Positions 12,641 through 24,842 of a stretch of DNA of 64,000 nt are shown in pieces. A program made the position numbers and the translations under genes. Under the pieces are notes generated by a model. It did not search any database and was not told where the DNA came from. It saw only the letters and a program-made list of their open reading frames with translations. Position 1 is the first letter of the stretch. Each line of letters opens with the position of its first letter. The stretch is taken from assembly GCF_036365525.1 (NCBI RefSeq), contig NW_027140453.1, forward strand, positions 868,001 through 932,000, written 5' to 3'. Origin of the DNA: Heterodontus francisci (Eukaryota).

Positions 12641-13519
12641 TCTTCTGTCAATAATTCCCTCTTTCTATTTGAAATTGAATGTCCAAGTGAATCGCTGTTT
12701 AACCTGGAAGGAGAGTTTGGGGTCCTGGACGGTTGCTGACATATTGAAGCAATTTATCATGAGAATGATCTGTCTGGGACACTCAGTGTCCATTTATGAT
12801 CTAATATAAACAGCCTATTGCTCAATACTGACACATTACTGATATGGGAGGTATTTATCCTGTGAATATTTTCTGTCGGATACTCAGTGTCCATTAATCT
12901 GAGAGGATACAGAGCACATTGCCACAATATGACCCAGTACTGATGTCGTGCCAGTCAGATGAGTCTCACAGACTGAGGACAATGGACTGTTTAGATCAGA
13001 GGCACAGATAGGATCTCCTGAAAAGGCACCGGAACATATTCAGGTACATAGGCAAACAAGAGTGAAGACAGCCAGAGAGAGAGAGTGAGAGAGGGAGAGA
13101 GCTGTGAGAGTCGCTGTGTAACCAGGAAACGTGACATTGTGAAGCCTCTGCCCAGCTATCAATGGACCAGACACTGACTGCTGGTCACACCCTAACATTG
13201 GGACAGTGATGGGACTGCGATGGGCTCTGTATTTAAATGTCAAGTCAAACATTGCCAAGGGTGTATTTCTCGAAGCATTAGTCTGTATATCTGAGGGAGT
13301 TATTGACAGGCTATTGTCAAATACTGACCCATTACTGATATGGCTGGGATTAATATCAGAGCCATAGCAAGGGGCTGATGGATTCAAACATGGAATTCTG
13401 GGAAAGATGGGCACAGCTTGTTCCAGGATTTCGGAGAGGAAAGGGATGTTGGAGATGGGACAGTATTTTGTAAGGACAGAGGAGTCAAGGGTTGCTTCTT
13501 TTGAAGGAGGCATCGAGCC

Positions 13520-15310
13520 ATTTACGGCACTGAAGAAGGCCATTCGGACCATCGAGTTCATGCTGGCTGTCCACGGTGCTGTGAAGTAAGTCCACTCCCC
13601 AAGCTCGATCCCTGCAGCCCTGCAAGTCTATTTCTCTCAGGTGGAAATCCAACTTCCTCTTGAAGTCATTGATCATCTTCGCTTTCACCACCCTGTGGGC
13701 AGCGAGTCCCAGGTCATTAACACCCGCAGTGCCAAAAAAGTTCTTCCTCATATTCCCCTGCATCTCTAACCCAAACCTACAACCTCCCTATTGTACCATT
13801 AGTTAATGGGAACCGTTTTTTCTTGTCTGAGTTATCTAAGTCTGTCATAATCTTGTACATTTCTGTCAAACCACCTTTGTTCTAAGGAGAACAAACCCAG
13901 TTTTTCCAACCTAACCTTGCAACTAAAGTCCCCCATCACTGGAACCATTCTGGTAAACCTTCTCTGCACCCTCTCAAGGACCCTCATATCTTTCCTGAAG
14001 TGTGGTGATCAGAACTGGACACAACTCTCCATTTGGGGCCGAACCAGAGCTTTATAAGGTTCACAATGGCTTCACTGCTTTTGTGCCCTATGTCTTTATT
14101 TATGAAGCCCAAGATCCCACATGCTTTCCTAACCACTCTCTCACGATGTCCTGCCACCTTCAAAGATGTGTGCACATACACCCCCAGGTCCCTCTGTCCC
14201 TGCACAATCTTTACAACTGTGCCATTAAGTATATATTGCATCTCCCTATTCCTTCTGCTAAAATGCATCACCTCACACTTGTCAGTATGAAATTCCATTG
14301 ACCACCTCTCTGTCCATTCTGCCAGCCTATCTATGCCCTGATCCAGGCAGTTCATATCATCCACACTGTTTGCCGCACCTCCAAGTTTGGTGTGGAGAGC
14401 AAAGTTTGAGATTCTGCTCTGTATTTCAAGATCCAAGTCATTTATATATAGCAGAAAAAGCAGTGGTCCCAGCACTGACCCATGGGGGAACACCACTGAC
14501 TACCATCCCTCAGTCTAAAAAGCAACCATTTACTACGATTCGCTGTTTCCTGTCCTGACGGCACTTTTTCACCCAATTGAACACTGACCCTCTCATCCAT
14601 GAGCCTCAGTTGTGTTAACCAGCCTTTTATGTGGTACCTTGTTAAGCGCTTTCTTAAAATCCACATATACAACATCCACCACATTCACTCCATTGACCTT
14701 CTCTGTCGCTTCATCAAAGAATTCAATTAGATTAGTCAATAATGTCCTGCCTTTTGAAAATCCATGCTGGCTATCCTTAATTAAACTCGAACCTCTCTAA
14801 CCGTCTATTGATTTTTCTCTGATTATTGTTTCTAGAACCTTACCCATCACTGATGTTAAACTAAGTGGCCTGTAGTTGCTCGGACTGTCCTTACACCCTT
14901 TCTTGAATATGGGTTTGCCACTCTGTCATCCTCTGGCACCTCCCCCATAACCAGGGAAGATTTGAAGATTACGGCAAGCCCTTCTTCTATCTCTACCCCC
15001 CACTTCCTTTCGCAAACTGGGATACAGGTTATCTGAACCAGGTGACTTATCCACCCAAAGCATAGCCAGCCTTTTTAGTACCAGCTCTCAATTGTTATCC
15101 CATCCATTGCCTCTACTCTCTCTGCTTCTACAGATAATTTTCAGCCTCCAGTTCCTTCGTGAACACTGATGCAAAGTTCTCATTAAGTATATTAGCTTTG
15201 CCCTGTGCCTCAAAGCACATATTACTCTCTCCATCCTTACTTGACCCCTCTTTACCTCCTACTACTCACTTACTATTTACGTGCTGGTAGAAGATCTTTG
15301 AGCCCCTTTT
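13520..15310 (-). mobile_element. CR1 LINE fragment, degraded
   Basis: PHGSVLGPLLFLLYINDLD, MEFHTDKCEVMHF, GILGFINK. Confidence 0.9.
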
Positions 15311-15444
15311 ATGAATCTCCCTCTCCCCTTTCCACATTGAGGCTGAAATGGGCTTTGTTTGCAACAATTACATCATGCAGGTCTGATCAGATACTCGGAG
15401 CTTTTGTGAACGAATTCCCATCAACCTCAACAAGTTGTGCAATT

Positions 15445-15895
15445 TCCCCATTTGTCAGTGTTTTACCCCCTTCTGATGTTGTTCAATTTGTTAGTGTTTT
15501 TCCCCTGCTGAAGTTGTTGCTGTATTTATTGTCTTTTTTTCACTGAAGTTGTTGTTGAACTTGTTGGTGTCTTTGCCCAGCTGAAGTTGCTGCTGCATTG
15601 CTTGATGTACTTCCCTAAAGTTGTTGGTGAAGTTGTAGGTGTTTCCCCTGCTGACGTTGTGAGAATATTAGTTGTTTTCTTTACTCCCCCCTTCCCCTAA
15701 AGTTGCAGGATTTGTTGGTGATTGCTTCCTGAAGTTGTTGTTGAATTTGTTGGTGTAATTTTCCTGTTGAAGTTGTTGTGATGTTTGTTTTTAATTCTCC
15801 TGAAGAAGTTGTTGAATTTGTTGGTGTCTTTCTGCTCCTGAAGTTGTTGTATTTGTTGTTCTTTTTCCCCCTCCTGAAGTTGTTGTTGAATTCCC
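15445..15895 (-). repeat. Degenerate GTT-rich tandem repeat (reverse copy of the 20.1-21.1 kb AAC-rich array)
   Basis: Units like CTGAAGTTGTTGTTGAATTTGTTGGTGT. Confidence 0.85.
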
Positions 15896-16109
15896 CTGTT
15901 CCTCCTGAACATGTTACACTCACCACCCCTCATGACTCAGCTTACACTATAAGTGTATCCCTGAGTGAAATCTCTCTAATGTGCAGGTAATATCTGCTTC
16001 CAGCGTCTCCCTGGGACCCTGTTCCACAGAGCGACCTCCTGCTCATTGAAATAACCTTTCTGCAGGTTCGTTTCCAGGTCAAATAATTAAAAAATTAAGT
16101 AACTATTAC

Positions 16110-16715
16110 AACAAAGAGTATTGTCCCTTTTCCCTCAAGGGGGCTGGAATAGAAAGCGCTGGATGTTGTGTTACTGTTGTATGCAGCTCGGATTAGTCCC
16201 CTTCTGGAGAAACCATCTTCAGTTCTGTGCATCAAAACTCAGGAAGGATGTCTCAGCCTTGGAGGTAATGACACCAGGTCTAAAAGGGTTAAATTAGCTT
16301 CACAGTTTGCATGGCCTAATGTCATATTCTCTTAAGTATAGGAGATTAAAGGGTGATCTCATTGAAATATTTAGGACGATTAAAGGATTCGATGGTGTTA
16401 ATGGACAGAAACAATTTCCTCTGCTGGGGGAGTCCAGGGCAAGGTGGGGTGGGGCTGTTCAGGAGTGATGTCAGGAAACGCTGGTTCACACAGCAGGTAG
16501 TGGAAATCTGGAACTCTCTCCCTCAAAAAGCTCTACAGATGGGGGTGTGAGGGGGGTTAATCAGACATTACAAAGCAGAGCTTGCTAGATTGATGTTCGG
16601 TGAGGGTATTAAATGATATGGAACCCAGATGGGCAAATGGAAATAAGTTGTAGATGATCCATGATCTCCCTGAATGGCGGAACAAGCTTGAATGGGCCGA
16701 ATGGCCCACTCCTGT
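16110..16715 (+). mobile_element. Old CR1 3' fragment
   Basis: FRSDVRKRWFTQQVVEIWNSLP; 3' UTR-type GGGCCGAATGGCC.ACTCCTG. Confidence 0.75.
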
Positions 16716-17238
16716 TGCCAGGATTTCTCATTTTCCTCTGTCAGGCCTTGAGTGAGCTGGATTATCCAGGGTGGAAGCACTGACCAGAATAGAATGGAGC
16801 AGCACGAGGTTTGGGGAATGCTGGGCAGACCCACCATGCACAGTCACATCCCTTCTGATCCCAGCCCTCAGCAATCATTTAACAGTGAGTGTTCCCTCCC
16901 AGAACAAAAACACTGGATTTCCATGATCATATGGGAAAGCCATTCCAGCAAAATCAATAAACTTCTTGAGACGGTCATGGTCAGCGTTCATAGATGTATT
17001 GAGCAGACAGAGAATGCAATAAAACTTTAAACACACAGTTTACAATCAGATTTACAATCACACTGGATGGTCAGGGAGTCAAACACGTTAAAAGGCCTTT
17101 CCAAACTGCAGCTCTCCTTGTCTGAATGTCCATCAATGGACGATACCCAGCCATGTTCACTTATTGCAGACGTTTGACATCGTTACACTAGAGAGTTGTG
17201 ACCAATGAGTCATTTCACAACAGTTCAACTGACTGATC
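16716..17238 (+). repeat. Copy B of the inverted duplication (partner 7392-7916); may contain a V-domain relic
   Basis: Reverse-complement match to copy A; 17782-17818 also matches 7349-7386. Confidence 0.9.
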
Positions 17239-17817
17239 TGGGTGGAGATGTAAACATGTGCTTTTCACTTCCTCAGGAATACAATTCCGTGTCAGGAGAA
17301 TCTCATCGGGCTCGCTGCTGATCAGTAACGTCAATTAATAAAGCTGGTCCCCTTACTTTTTCCGTTACACCAACAACAACTTACATTTAAGTAGCACACT
17401 TAATGCAGCAAAATGTCCCAAGGTGCTTAGCAGCAGTGATACCAATAAGAACATTTCTGACGTTTTTGGAAATCGAGCCACAGAACGATATTTCGGGCGA
17501 GATAACCAGAGGCTTGATCAAAGAGAGAGTTTTTAACGGAGCATTTTAAAAGAGGAGAGAGGGAGGTCGAGAGGTGGAGAGGGTTAGTGAGATAATTCAG
17601 GATCTTAATACCAAGTCAGCTTAAAGCATGACCGCCAATGGTGGAGTGTTAAAATCGGGGATACACAAGAGGCCAGGAATTGGATGAACACAGAAGATGT
17701 CAATGTCTTGTGGGGCTGGAGGAGGCAACAGAGATAGGGAGGGGTGAGGCCATGGAGGGATTTGAGAACAAGTCTGAGGAAGTTAATATTGGGAAATTGG
17801 AGAGGAGCAGGGAGTCA

Positions 17818-18220
17818 TTGGATGTGGGTGTCACTGGCTAGGCTAGGCCAGCATGTATTATTTTTCGTTAATTGACCTCTGAGAAGGTGGTGGTGAGCTG
17901 CCTTCTTGAACCGCTGCAGTCCATGTGGGGTATGTACACCCACAGTGCTGTTAGGAAGGGAGTTCCAGGATTTTGACCCAGCGACAGTGAAGAAACGGCC
18001 GATATAGTTTCAAGTCAGGATGGTGTGTGGCTTGGAGGGGAACTTGCAGGCAGTGGTTTCCCCATGCGTCTGCTGCCCTTATCCTTCTAGTTGGTAGAGT
18101 TCGTGGGTTTGGAAGGTGCTGTCAAAGGAACCTTGGTGCATTACTGCTGTACATCTTGTAGCTGGTACACACTGCTGCCAATGTGCGTCGGTGGCGGAGG
18201 GAGTAAATATTTAAGGTGGT
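17818..18220 (-). mobile_element. Non-LTR retroelement 3' end (same family at 23590-23760 minus and 28175-28690 plus)
   Basis: Shared GAGAAGGTGGTG..GAGCTGCCTTCTTGAACCGCTGCAGTC; the plus copy encodes QVRSVMEYSPFAWM. Confidence 0.8.
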
Positions 18221-18377
18221 GCTTGTTTGGTTTGATTATCCCAGCTGCTGTGGTGGGATTTGAGCTCCAGTGCTCTGCATCATTCGGTCGAAGCCTCTGG
18301 ATTACTAGTCCCAGTAACATAACAGCTATGCTACCGTACCCCCAGAGACTGGGGTAAGATGTATTACACAATTCCCA

Positions 18378-18416
18378 AGTTTTTGCCCTGTTTCCTTCCA
18401 TTCTAGTTACACTGTG
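18378..18416 (-). promoter_or_regulatory. 23-RSS of V pseudogene
   Basis: CACAGTG + 23 nt + GCAAAAACT. Confidence 0.9.
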
Positions 18417-18705
18417 TGTATCCTTGTGAGCCCTGCAGTAGTAAGCGCTGTTGTCTTGGACCCAGGAGCTTTTCAACGACAGAGGGAAAGTGTTGGCCTG
18501 AGTCTCGTGCTGGGTTTCAATCCATTTCCTGTTGTTAGATGCAGAAAGTGCACTCCATCTGATCCATCCCAGGCAGTCACCAATCTGCAAGTACCAGTCC
18601 AAACAACACTCAGTCATGTTGCCCTGCCCAATTCTGCTGTGGAACGTGGTTTCCTCCCCAGGAACCAGGGCGTTGGCCGCCGGGGACTGGAGAACCATCT
18701 AACAT
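18417..18705 (-). pseudogene. Antigen-receptor V pseudogene of a divergent family
   Basis: VLQSPA..PGEETTFHSRI (first Cys codon is AGC)..WYLQ..DNSAYYC followed by a 23-RSS; in-frame TAG just before the ORF; no leader found. Confidence 0.8.
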
Positions 18706-19181
18706 CTGACAATATTCTTCATACAGGATGGCAGATCAATGGGGAGAGAACGATAGAGGGTTACAGGGAGGGACAGAGGCAAAAGCAGAGGAGACAAATT
18801 ATTTTCCTCCAGTCACGCTGCTACCTTCACGCTTATATTTGCTCCATAGGTTAAGCCCAATTATAAAGCAGATTTTTGACAGTGGTAAAACTATAAAAGC
18901 GCCAAACTCGGAAGGATGAATGCAAACCAGCTCAGTCTGCATCTGAGCAAAAGGAAAATAGGTAATGTTTAAGGATGATACTCTGTTAAAATAATCCTAA
19001 CTGCTGTTCGGATCAAGCAGCAGTGAATTATTTCAGTTTGGTTGACGAGGTGATTACATATAACAATGCATAAAGTAACTATTACGAACATTAATTTCAT
19101 CAACAATGGTACCAAATGGGGACAGTGGTGTTTCCTGTCTTAAAGGTGGAAAGCAGGAATATGGAAAGGGAAGGAATTGTG

Positions 19182-19434
19182 ACCAGTATCTCCGAATAAC
19201 ACTTCAGTATCTTCTGTCAGCAGATCTTTAACTACTTTGAGATTCTTTTCAGAGGAGGAGGCTCGTTGTAAGCAGTGTGATCAAACCGCCCCTGCTGCTG
19301 TGGAAACTGCAGACAGGGCGAGTAATCACTGCCTCTGGCGTTGTATTCCTTACGGAGCACCCTCTGACCAGATCATACCAACAAAAGCTTAGCAGGGATC
19401 AGCGCCGTACAGGCAGAGGCCATCCCAGGGATCC
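19182..19434 (-). pseudogene. Highly degraded V-exon relic
   Basis: Acceptor TTTTCCCTATGTAG; IPAKLLLV*SGQRV..GSDYSPCLQFPQQQG; later NLKVVKDLLTEDTEVLF (FR3-like); no valid RSS. Confidence 0.4.
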
Positions 19435-20094
19435 CTACATAGGGAAAAATAAAGAGAAAATGAGAGAGAGAGAGAACAGCTGAGAGGGAGCAAGGGAGAG
19501 GTAGAGTGAGGCAGAGACAGAGAGAAAGAGAGACAGACTGATCGACAAAGCCACTGAGAGATGGAATGATTCAGGCAAAATAAGTTAGACAGAGAGAGAG
19601 AGAGAGAATGAGAGACATAGTGACAGATAGAGAGAATGAAGCAGTAGGAGGTGTAGAGACAGACAAGGAGAGACAGAGCGACACAGAGACAGGAAATGAG
19701 AGGAGATTGTCAGAATTAATGAGAGAGAGAGAGAGAAAAATGAGTGAGTGTGTGTGAGAGAGAAATAGAGACAGACAGCAAGAGTAAGTGAGAAAATGAG
19801 AGGCGAGAAAGAGAGGGGAAGGATAGAAGACAGTGAGATAAAGAGAGAGAATGAGAATGTGTGTGTGTGTGAGAGACAGAAAGAGCAACAGAGCAGAGAG
19901 GAACTGAGAGAAGGAAAGACAGACAGGGATAAAGAAAGAGAATGAGAGTGAGTGTGTGTGAGAGAGGAAAGATAACAAGGGCAACAGAGACAAAGAAACA
20001 GACATGAAGAGAGAGAAAGGAAACAATTTTACAGAACAATGAAAACCATGTTTTTTTAATCAATATTGGTGAAGTCTGATGGGTTTCCTGGTCC

Positions 20095-20118
20095 TAGCTC
20101 GCCCTCTGCTGTCCCCCT
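20095..20118 (-). promoter_or_regulatory. CTCF-like motif downstream of the minus-strand TRBV
   Basis: Minus strand GGGACAGCAGAGGGCGAGC, homologous to 33681-33712 and 36190-36220. Confidence 0.55.
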
Positions 20119-20124
20119 GGAGGA

Positions 20125-21150
20125 GAAAACCCCCAAAAAGACAAAAACAACTGCAGCAGAAAAAAACACTCACAAATTCAACAACAACCTCAACAGGGAA
20201 AACGCCAACAAATTCAACAACAACTTTAACAGAAGAAAAACACCAACAAATTCAACGACAACCTCAACAGGAAAAACACCAACAAATTCAACAACAACCT
20301 CAACAGGAAAAACGCCAACAAATTCAATAACAACTTCAGCAGGAGAAAAACACCAACAAAGTCAACAACAACTTCATCAGGAGAAAAACACCAACAAAGT
20401 CAACAACAACTTCAACAGGAGAAAAACACCAACAAATTCAACAACTTCAACAGGAAAAACACCAACAAATTCAACAACATCTTCAGGAGAAAAACACCAA
20501 CAAATTCAATAACAACGTCAGCAGGTGGAAAAAACACCAATACATTTAACAACAACTTCAACAGGAAAAACAACAATAAATTCAACAACAACATCGAGAA
20601 AAAACACCAATAGATTCAACAACAACTTTATCAGGAGGCAAACAGGAAAAAATACAAAAATAACTGAAGCAGAAAAATAACCCACTAACAAGCTCAGCAA
20701 TAACTTCAACAGGAGAAATATAAAATACTAATAAAATCAACAACAACTTCAACAGGAGAAAAACACCAACAAAGTCTACAACAACTTTAGCAGGAGAAAA
20801 ACACCAACAAAGTCAACAACAACCTCAAGAGGAAAAGCACCAACAAATTCAACAACAAGAAAAACACCAACAAATTCAACAGCAACTTCAGCAGGAGAAA
20901 ACAACAACAAATTCAATAACAACCTCAACAGGGAAAACGCCATCAAATTCAACAACAACTTCAACAGGAAAAACTCCAACAAAGTCAACAACAACTTCAG
21001 CAGGAGAAAAACACCAACAATTTCAACAACAACCTCAGCAGGAAAAACAGCAACAAATGCAACAACAACTTCAACAGGAAAAACACCAACAAAGTCAACA
21101 ACAACTTCAGCAGGAGAAAAAAACCAACAAATTCAACAACAACTTCAGCA
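20125..21150 (+). repeat. AAC-rich degenerate tandem array, ~36-39-bp unit (CAACAACAACTTCAACAGGAAAAACACCAACAAATT)
   Basis: Directly visible; reverse copies at 15445-15895 and 22965-23570. Confidence 0.92.
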
Positions 21151-21269
21151 GGATCTGCACATTGTCTGTTCGTGGGATCTTGCCTTGTAGAAACTGGCTG
21201 CCACACTTCCTGCATTACAGCAGTGGCTGTACTTCGAAACAGTAGCAAAGAGTATGGGAATAGCAAAAC

Positions 21270-22170
21270 ATATGAGATTAGCAAAACTGTGAGATCTTGG
21301 GCTTCATAAATAGAGGCACTGCCTACAAAATATGAGAAGTTATGCTGAATCTTTATAAAGCTCTAGTTAGGCCACAACTGGACAATTGCATCCAGTTCTG
21401 CGCACCACACTTTAGGAAGGAGGTGAGTTTCCTTGAGAGGGTGTAGAGGAGATTGACCAATATGATTCCGGGGATAGGGGATTTTAATTACAAGGTTAGG
21501 TTGGAAAACCTGGAGAAAATGAGATTGAGTGGAGACCTGATAGAGGTGTACAAGATTGTGACAGGTTTAGATGAGGATCACAAAGAAAAGCAGCTCCTCA
21601 CCCAGGAGTCAGTTCCCCAGCTCCACTGACTAGTCCCACAGTGTTGGTGTTCCTGCTCCTCGCTCCAGCTGCAGGGAAGTTACAGCACAGAAATAGATCA
21701 TTCGGCCAGACACGTCCATGCAGGCCTTTTTGGTCCACACGAACGTCGTTCCACGCCCACTTCATCTCGCCACAAGCCACATCTCCTTCTGTTCCTCTCT
21801 CCCTCATGTCCTATGCAGCTTCCCCACCCCACCCCCCAGCTTAAATACATCTTGCCTATTCCCCTCAGCCTGTGGTAATGAGTTCCACATTCTCCCCACT
21901 CTCTGGGTGAAGATGTTTCTCCCGAATTCCCAATTGGATTTATTGGTGACTGTCTTATATTGATGACCCCTCCCCCTTTTTCTGGACTCACCCGCAAATG
22001 GAAAAAATCTTCTCTACATTTATCTGATCAAAACCACTTTCATAATCTTAAAGAGCTCTATCAGGTCACTCCTCAGCCTTCTCTTTTTTGGAGAAAAGAG
22101 CCCCAGTCTGTTCAGTCTTTTCCTGATCATTATCACCTCTCAGTTCTGATATCATCCTTGAACATCTTTC
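21270..22170. mobile_element. Two CR1 fragments in opposite orientation (21270-21595 plus; 21680-22170 minus)
   Basis: CR1 C-terminal coding and 3' UTR motifs. Confidence 0.75.
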
Positions 22171-22269
22171 TGTGTCTTCTTCATGTCGAAGACATGTTCA
22201 CACTGCAATAGATAAACCAAACAGGATACAGAGCTGCGGGCTTTTATCTGAAACAGGTATTTCTGTTGG

Positions 22270-22308
22270 TGTTTTTGTTGAACTGCTCCGTCTCTCTGAG
22301 TCACTGTG
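22270..22308 (-). promoter_or_regulatory. 23-RSS
   Basis: CACAGTG + 23 nt + ACAAAAACA. Confidence 0.95.
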
Positions 22309-22801
22309 CTGACTCCAGGCACAGAAATACAGGGCCGAATGATTCTCCCGCAGGCTGGTGGACTCCAGGTTGAAGTGGGAGCCAGTCGGTCGCTTGGCAT
22401 TGAAACCCTCCACAGTTCCCTCTGAGTTCACACTTGGTGTAGCTGCGGAGTAAAACATCAGCCGCGGCTCCTTCCCCGGGTCCTGTCTGTACCAGAACAT
22501 GGAACCGCTGCTCTCACCCTCCACACGGCACTCCAGTCCCACTCCCTCCCCAGGAAATCTGGAGACGGCGGTGGGAGCCTGGCGGACCCTCACTGAGATT
22601 GCGCCTGGGGGAAGAGACCGGGAGAGAAGAAGGTCAGTGAACAGGGACAATCTGGGATGTGAAGAATGAAACAAGGAGAGAAAGATAGAGAGAAAGAAAA
22701 TAAGAAAGACAGCTGTTAACACAAATAATGGGGGTGTGGGGTGGTGGTGAGAAAGATCCCTTACTTTGAAATAAGACCATGAGACTCAGTAACAGATACA
22801 T
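22309..22801 (-). CDS. TRBV: TCR beta V gene segment (CAWS family, TRBV30-like); leader 22801-22765, V exon 22604-22309; apparently functional
   Basis: Leader MYLLLSLMVLFQ ending A|GTAAG; acceptor CCCCCAG; VRQAPT..LECRVEG..MFWYRQ..NHSALYFCAWS; intact 23-RSS. Confidence 0.93.
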
Positions 22802-23100
22802 CTTTCACTGGAAGCTGAACCTGCAATTGGGAAATCAGTGGAAAGAAGAGAGTTGAGTCTTGTGAGAAGCCACATGAAGACTCAAGCAAGTGATTGAGGT
22901 TTGCCCAACACCTCCCTCCCTGATGGGGAACCCACGCCCCTCTCTCTACCATTGGCTGCCAGTAGTTGCTGTTGCATTTGTTGGTATCATTCTGCTGCTG
23001 AAGTTGTTGTTGTATTTGTTGTTGTATTTGCTGGTGTTTTTCTCCGACTGAGGTTGTTGGATTTGTTGTTGCTTGAATCTCCTTCTGAGGTAGTTGTTGT

Positions 23101-23425
23101 AATAAAAGCAAAATACTGCGGATGCTGGAAATCTGAAATAAAAACAAGAAATGCTGGAACCACTCAGCAGGTCTGGCAGCATCTGTGAAAAGAGAAGCAG
23201 GATTAAAGTTTCGGGTCAGTGACCCTTCATCGGAACTGACAAATATTAGAAAAGTCACAGGTTATAAGCAAGTGACGTGGGGGTGGGGCTAGAGGTAACA
23301 AAGGAGGTCTAGATTGGACCAGGCCACATAGCTGACCAAAAGGGCACGGAGCAAAGGCAAACAATATGTTAATGGTGTGTTGAAAGACAAAGCATGAGTA
23401 CAGATTAGGTGTTAATACACTGGTG
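23101..23425. mobile_element. Truncated retroelement end (possibly Penelope-like) inserted in the GTT-rich repeat with a 14-bp target duplication
   Basis: GAGGTAGTTGTTGT at 23087-23100 and 23426-23439; a related end AAAATACTGC.GATGCTGG recurs near 56600; family is from recall. Confidence 0.7.
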
Positions 23426-24392
23426 GAGGTAGTTGTTGTTTTTGTTGGTGTTTTCCCCGCTGAGGTTTTAGTTGTACTTGGTTCCTTCCCTGCTTAAGTT
23501 GTTGTTCAATTTGGTTTTTGCATGTTGAGGTTGTTGTTGTATTTTTTGGAGTTTTTTTTCCCCTGCTGAGTTTATTTTCTCTTTTTCAATTCATTCATGA
23601 GATTTTGGTTGAGGCCAGCATTTATTGTCCACCCCTAATCATCTAATTGAGAAGGTGGTGCTGAGCTGCCTTCTTGAACCGCTGCAGTCACGTGGGGTAG
23701 GTAAACCCACAGTGCTGTTAGGAAGGGAGTTTCAGGATTTTGACCCAGTGACAGTGAAGAAACTGTCTTGGCCCCAAAACAAGGCAGCAGGTTGACGGGT
23801 CTTATTGGGTCATAGTGTCATGCAGGTCAAATCCAGGCCATTCAGCCCATCGATCCTGGCCTGGCAGCTCGAAAGAGCGACCTCCTCCCATCTTTCTTCA
23901 TCTTACCCTATCAACAGATTCTTCTATTCCTTTCTCACTCATGTATTTATTCAGCTCCCCTTTAACTGCATCGTCTCTATTCGACCTCAACCCATTCCAT
24001 TTGGTCTGTAATTCCACATTCTCACCGCTCCCTGGGTTAAAGAACCTCCTCCTGAATTCCCAATTGGATTTATTAAGGACTACCTTAAATTTATGATCCC
24101 TGGTTTCATCTTCCCTGTCCAATTACTCCCACTCCCTGTTCTTTCTGAATGACCCTGCACTTGATCTTGCAGCTTGTCTGCCTCCTTCCCTACATTCCAA
24201 CACTTCAAAATGTATTTGACTGGTTGAGGCTTGAGTGAAGCAGAGAGCTGTCGGGCCGAATGGCGCGGATGTATGCATCAACTTCCATCTAGTTCTGGGC
24301 CACAAGCGCCAACACGAGTCGAGTAGGAGAATATAACTGATGACTGAAACAGGTTCAGGGTCTGACACTGAAACGCCTGCAGAATCGGTGCT

Positions 24393-24425
24393 TGCAGTTG
24401 CACCTGGAGCCACTAGGTGCCAGTG
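24393..24425 (+). promoter_or_regulatory. CTCF-like site with upstream TGCAGT module, between the divergent V genes
   Basis: TGCAGTTGCACCTGGAGCCACTAGGTGCCAGTG; one mismatch to CCACTAGGTGGCAG. Confidence 0.5.
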
Positions 24426-24842
24426 TTACTCCACTGCAGCCGCTGCCCAGAACATGCTCAGACAGAGTGAGCTTTACCCACAGCAGCTCCACAGGTCAAC
24501 TTGGCTGCTTCTGAAATGTTTCACTTCTCAACTATTTGACAGACACACACAAAAAAAAGCAGTTAGACTTCATCATGTTTGGTCTTTAATATTGACCAGA
24601 GGCCCCCTGGATTCCCATGAGGCCTCCTTAGCTCAGCCCCGGAAATGACCTGTCAACATGTCAACATGTGGGAACCAATGAACCATAAGGAAGTTGCCCC
24701 TCCCCCCGCCTCCCCCCCAATGGGAACATGAAACACTGGGGAGGAGGGGACAGTAAATGTCACTCAGAACATTGAGATATTCTGCAATAAAACTGCTCAG
24801 TGATTTCACACAATGAACACATGGATCTGTCTCCCTCCAGAG

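Noticed and set aside
16881-16912. RSS-like AACAGTG...ACAAAAACA
   Set aside because: Spacer is 16 nt and the heptamer lacks the initial C
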